Shown here: positions 42,606 to 43,575 of the stretch, in pieces | Layout: every line of letters begins with the position of its first letter | Numbering within the stretch: the stretch's first letter is position 1 | NCBI GenBank assembly: GCA_003251995.1 | Contig: QKDT01000015.1 | Span: 1 to 43,575, forward strand | Direction of reading: 5' to 3' | From: Desulfovibrio desulfuricans | GTDB lineage: Bacteria > Desulfobacterota > Desulfovibrionia > Desulfovibrionales > Desulfovibrionaceae | Length of the DNA stretch: 43,575 nt | Position numbers and translations under genes: made by a program | The notes under the pieces: generated by a model | The model's database searches: none | Told to the model about the DNA's origin: nothing | Seen by the model: the letters and a program-made list of their open reading frames with translations, nothing else

Positions 42606-42745
42606 ATGTCCCCCATGTTGTTGTTTGGGCCTTGTGGATGCCGTGGGCAACGGGTCGCGTCCGACAAGGCTGGTGTCATAAGCACCGCGCACACGCTAGC
42701 AAGTGCGCTGCATTCACCTTTGCCCCCGGCCCACAATTCCCAACG

Positions 42746-42773
42746 AAAAAGCCGGGAGCACAACGCCCCCGGC
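42746..42773 (-). terminator. intrinsic terminator after the LRR gene
   Basis: GCCGGGGGC-GTTGT-GCTCCCGGC-TTTTT on the minus strand. Confidence 0.7.
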
Positions 42774-42782
42774 CCATATCTT

Positions 42783-43575
42783 CTACTTCGCAAAAAACTG
42801 CGCAAAATCACTTCCGCCGAATTGTCCCTTGGTCAGTTCGCATATTTCGCGGATGCTGTACTGTTCCTTCACGGCAGTGAGGCGTTCAACAAATCCGCGC
42901 GTGCCTGCGGAACATGCCCCGGTAATAACGCGGTAGGCTTCAATCGCTTTTTCAAAAGGCAACACGCTGTCCATGGTGAGGTCTGCGTATTGGCTCTTGT
43001 CGCGGCTGCCTATTTTGTATACCAGATCAGCCCTGGCAGCTTCCAGTGTGACGCCATGCGCCCACTTCCCCTTGCTGTCTGTGACGAGATATTCAACGCT
43101 CTCCTTGCCAATTTGGCGCGTTCGGTAGACGTTGCCTTTGTGCGAAACAACTTCGGAAAAAATGCCGTCAGCACTTACGTATTTACCACCCTGCCACGAA
43201 AGGATAAAATCTTCTGGAAATGATTTTGATCTGATTTTTTCTGCATCACTGTCACTGATCTGCGTGCCGCTGAGGTAGAGGGAGCCGCCCACTACCAGGT
43301 TGTCAGGCAGCGTACTGATCTGCGTGCCGCTGAGGTCGAGGGAGCAGCCCACTACCAGGTTGTCAGGCAGCGTACTGATCTGCGTGCCCCTGAGGTCGAG
43401 GTAGCCGCCCACTACCAGGTTGTCAGGCAGCGTACTGATCTGCGTGCCCATGAGGTCGAGGGAGCCGCCCACTACCAGGTTGTCAGGCAGCGTACTGATC
43501 TGCGTGCCCCTGAGGTCGAGGTAGCCGCCCACTACCAGGTTGTCAGGCAGCGTACTGATCTGCGTGCCCCTGAGG
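42783..43575 (-). CDS. LRR-like repeat protein, C-terminal part (start at 228 across the circular junction)
   Basis: 20-aa repeats NLVVGG(Y/S)L(D/Y)L(R/M/S)GTQISTLPD, then a non-repetitive domain (AHGVTLEAARADL...YRVITGACSAGT). Confidence 0.85.
   Translation of the reverse strand, partial: LRGTQISTLPDNLVVGGYLDLRGTQISTLPDNLVVGGSLDLMGTQISTLPDNLVVGGYLDLRGTQISTLPDNLVVGCSLDLSGTQISTLPDNLVVGGSLYLSGTQISDSDAEKIRSKSFPEDFILSWQGGKYVSADGIFSEVVSHKGNVYRTRQIGKESVEYLVTDSKGKWAHGVTLEAARADLVYKIGSRDKSQYADLTMDSVLPFEKAIEAYRVITGACSAGTRGFVERLTAVKEQYSIREICELTKGQFGGSDFAQFFAK
43254..43575. repeat. 60-bp tandem repeat array (right part) with variant units
   Basis: Units in register at 43261, 43321, 43381, 43441 and 43501; they differ at only five positions. 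Confidence 0.95.

Noticed and set aside
43254-43575. Diversity-generating retroelement acting on the LRR repeats or the tail fibre
   Set aside because: No reverse transcriptase ORF found; variant sites are not adenine-specific on one strand; no TR/VR pair noticed near the fibre genes.

Overview
The window is a near-complete, apparently circular ~43.5 kb genome of a temperate, lambdoid-organised siphovirus with an HK97-type head. The host is probably a Desulfovibrio-like deltaproteobacterium, inferred from the SSB C-terminus. Positions 1-94 repeat exactly at 43482-43575, and the join lies inside a 60-bp tandem array of an LRR-like gene. Gene order: immunity region (cI with S24 peptidase, cro, cII-like; TGTTC-N8-GAACA operators); replication (initiator with iterons, DnaB); nin-like region (RuvC-like, dATP/dGTP diphosphohydrolase domain, metallophosphoesterase, stand-alone NrdD C-terminal mini-protein); lysis (pesticin-like muramidase, 3TM holin); cos/terminase; portal, ClpP and capsid; neck and tail genes with a -1 frameshift chaperone; tail tip and fibres. 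An intact attP (3' part of tRNA-Glu(CTC) plus arm repeats) sits next to a tyrosine integrase and excisionase, followed by the early-left operon (Lar-like, PAPS-reductase family, SSB, YqaJ exonuclease, annealing protein, LRR protein). The most unusual signal is at 1340-2250: two ~350-nt, densely base-paired, apparently pseudoknotted non-coding elements lie back-to-back, each behind its own operator-overlapped sigma70 promoter. Also notable are an LRR-like repeat array whose variation is confined to the predicted binding face, four tandem membrane microproteins after cro, and a free-standing NrdD glycyl-radical domain. All RNA structures were derived by eye and all product calls come from motif recognition, not database searches.
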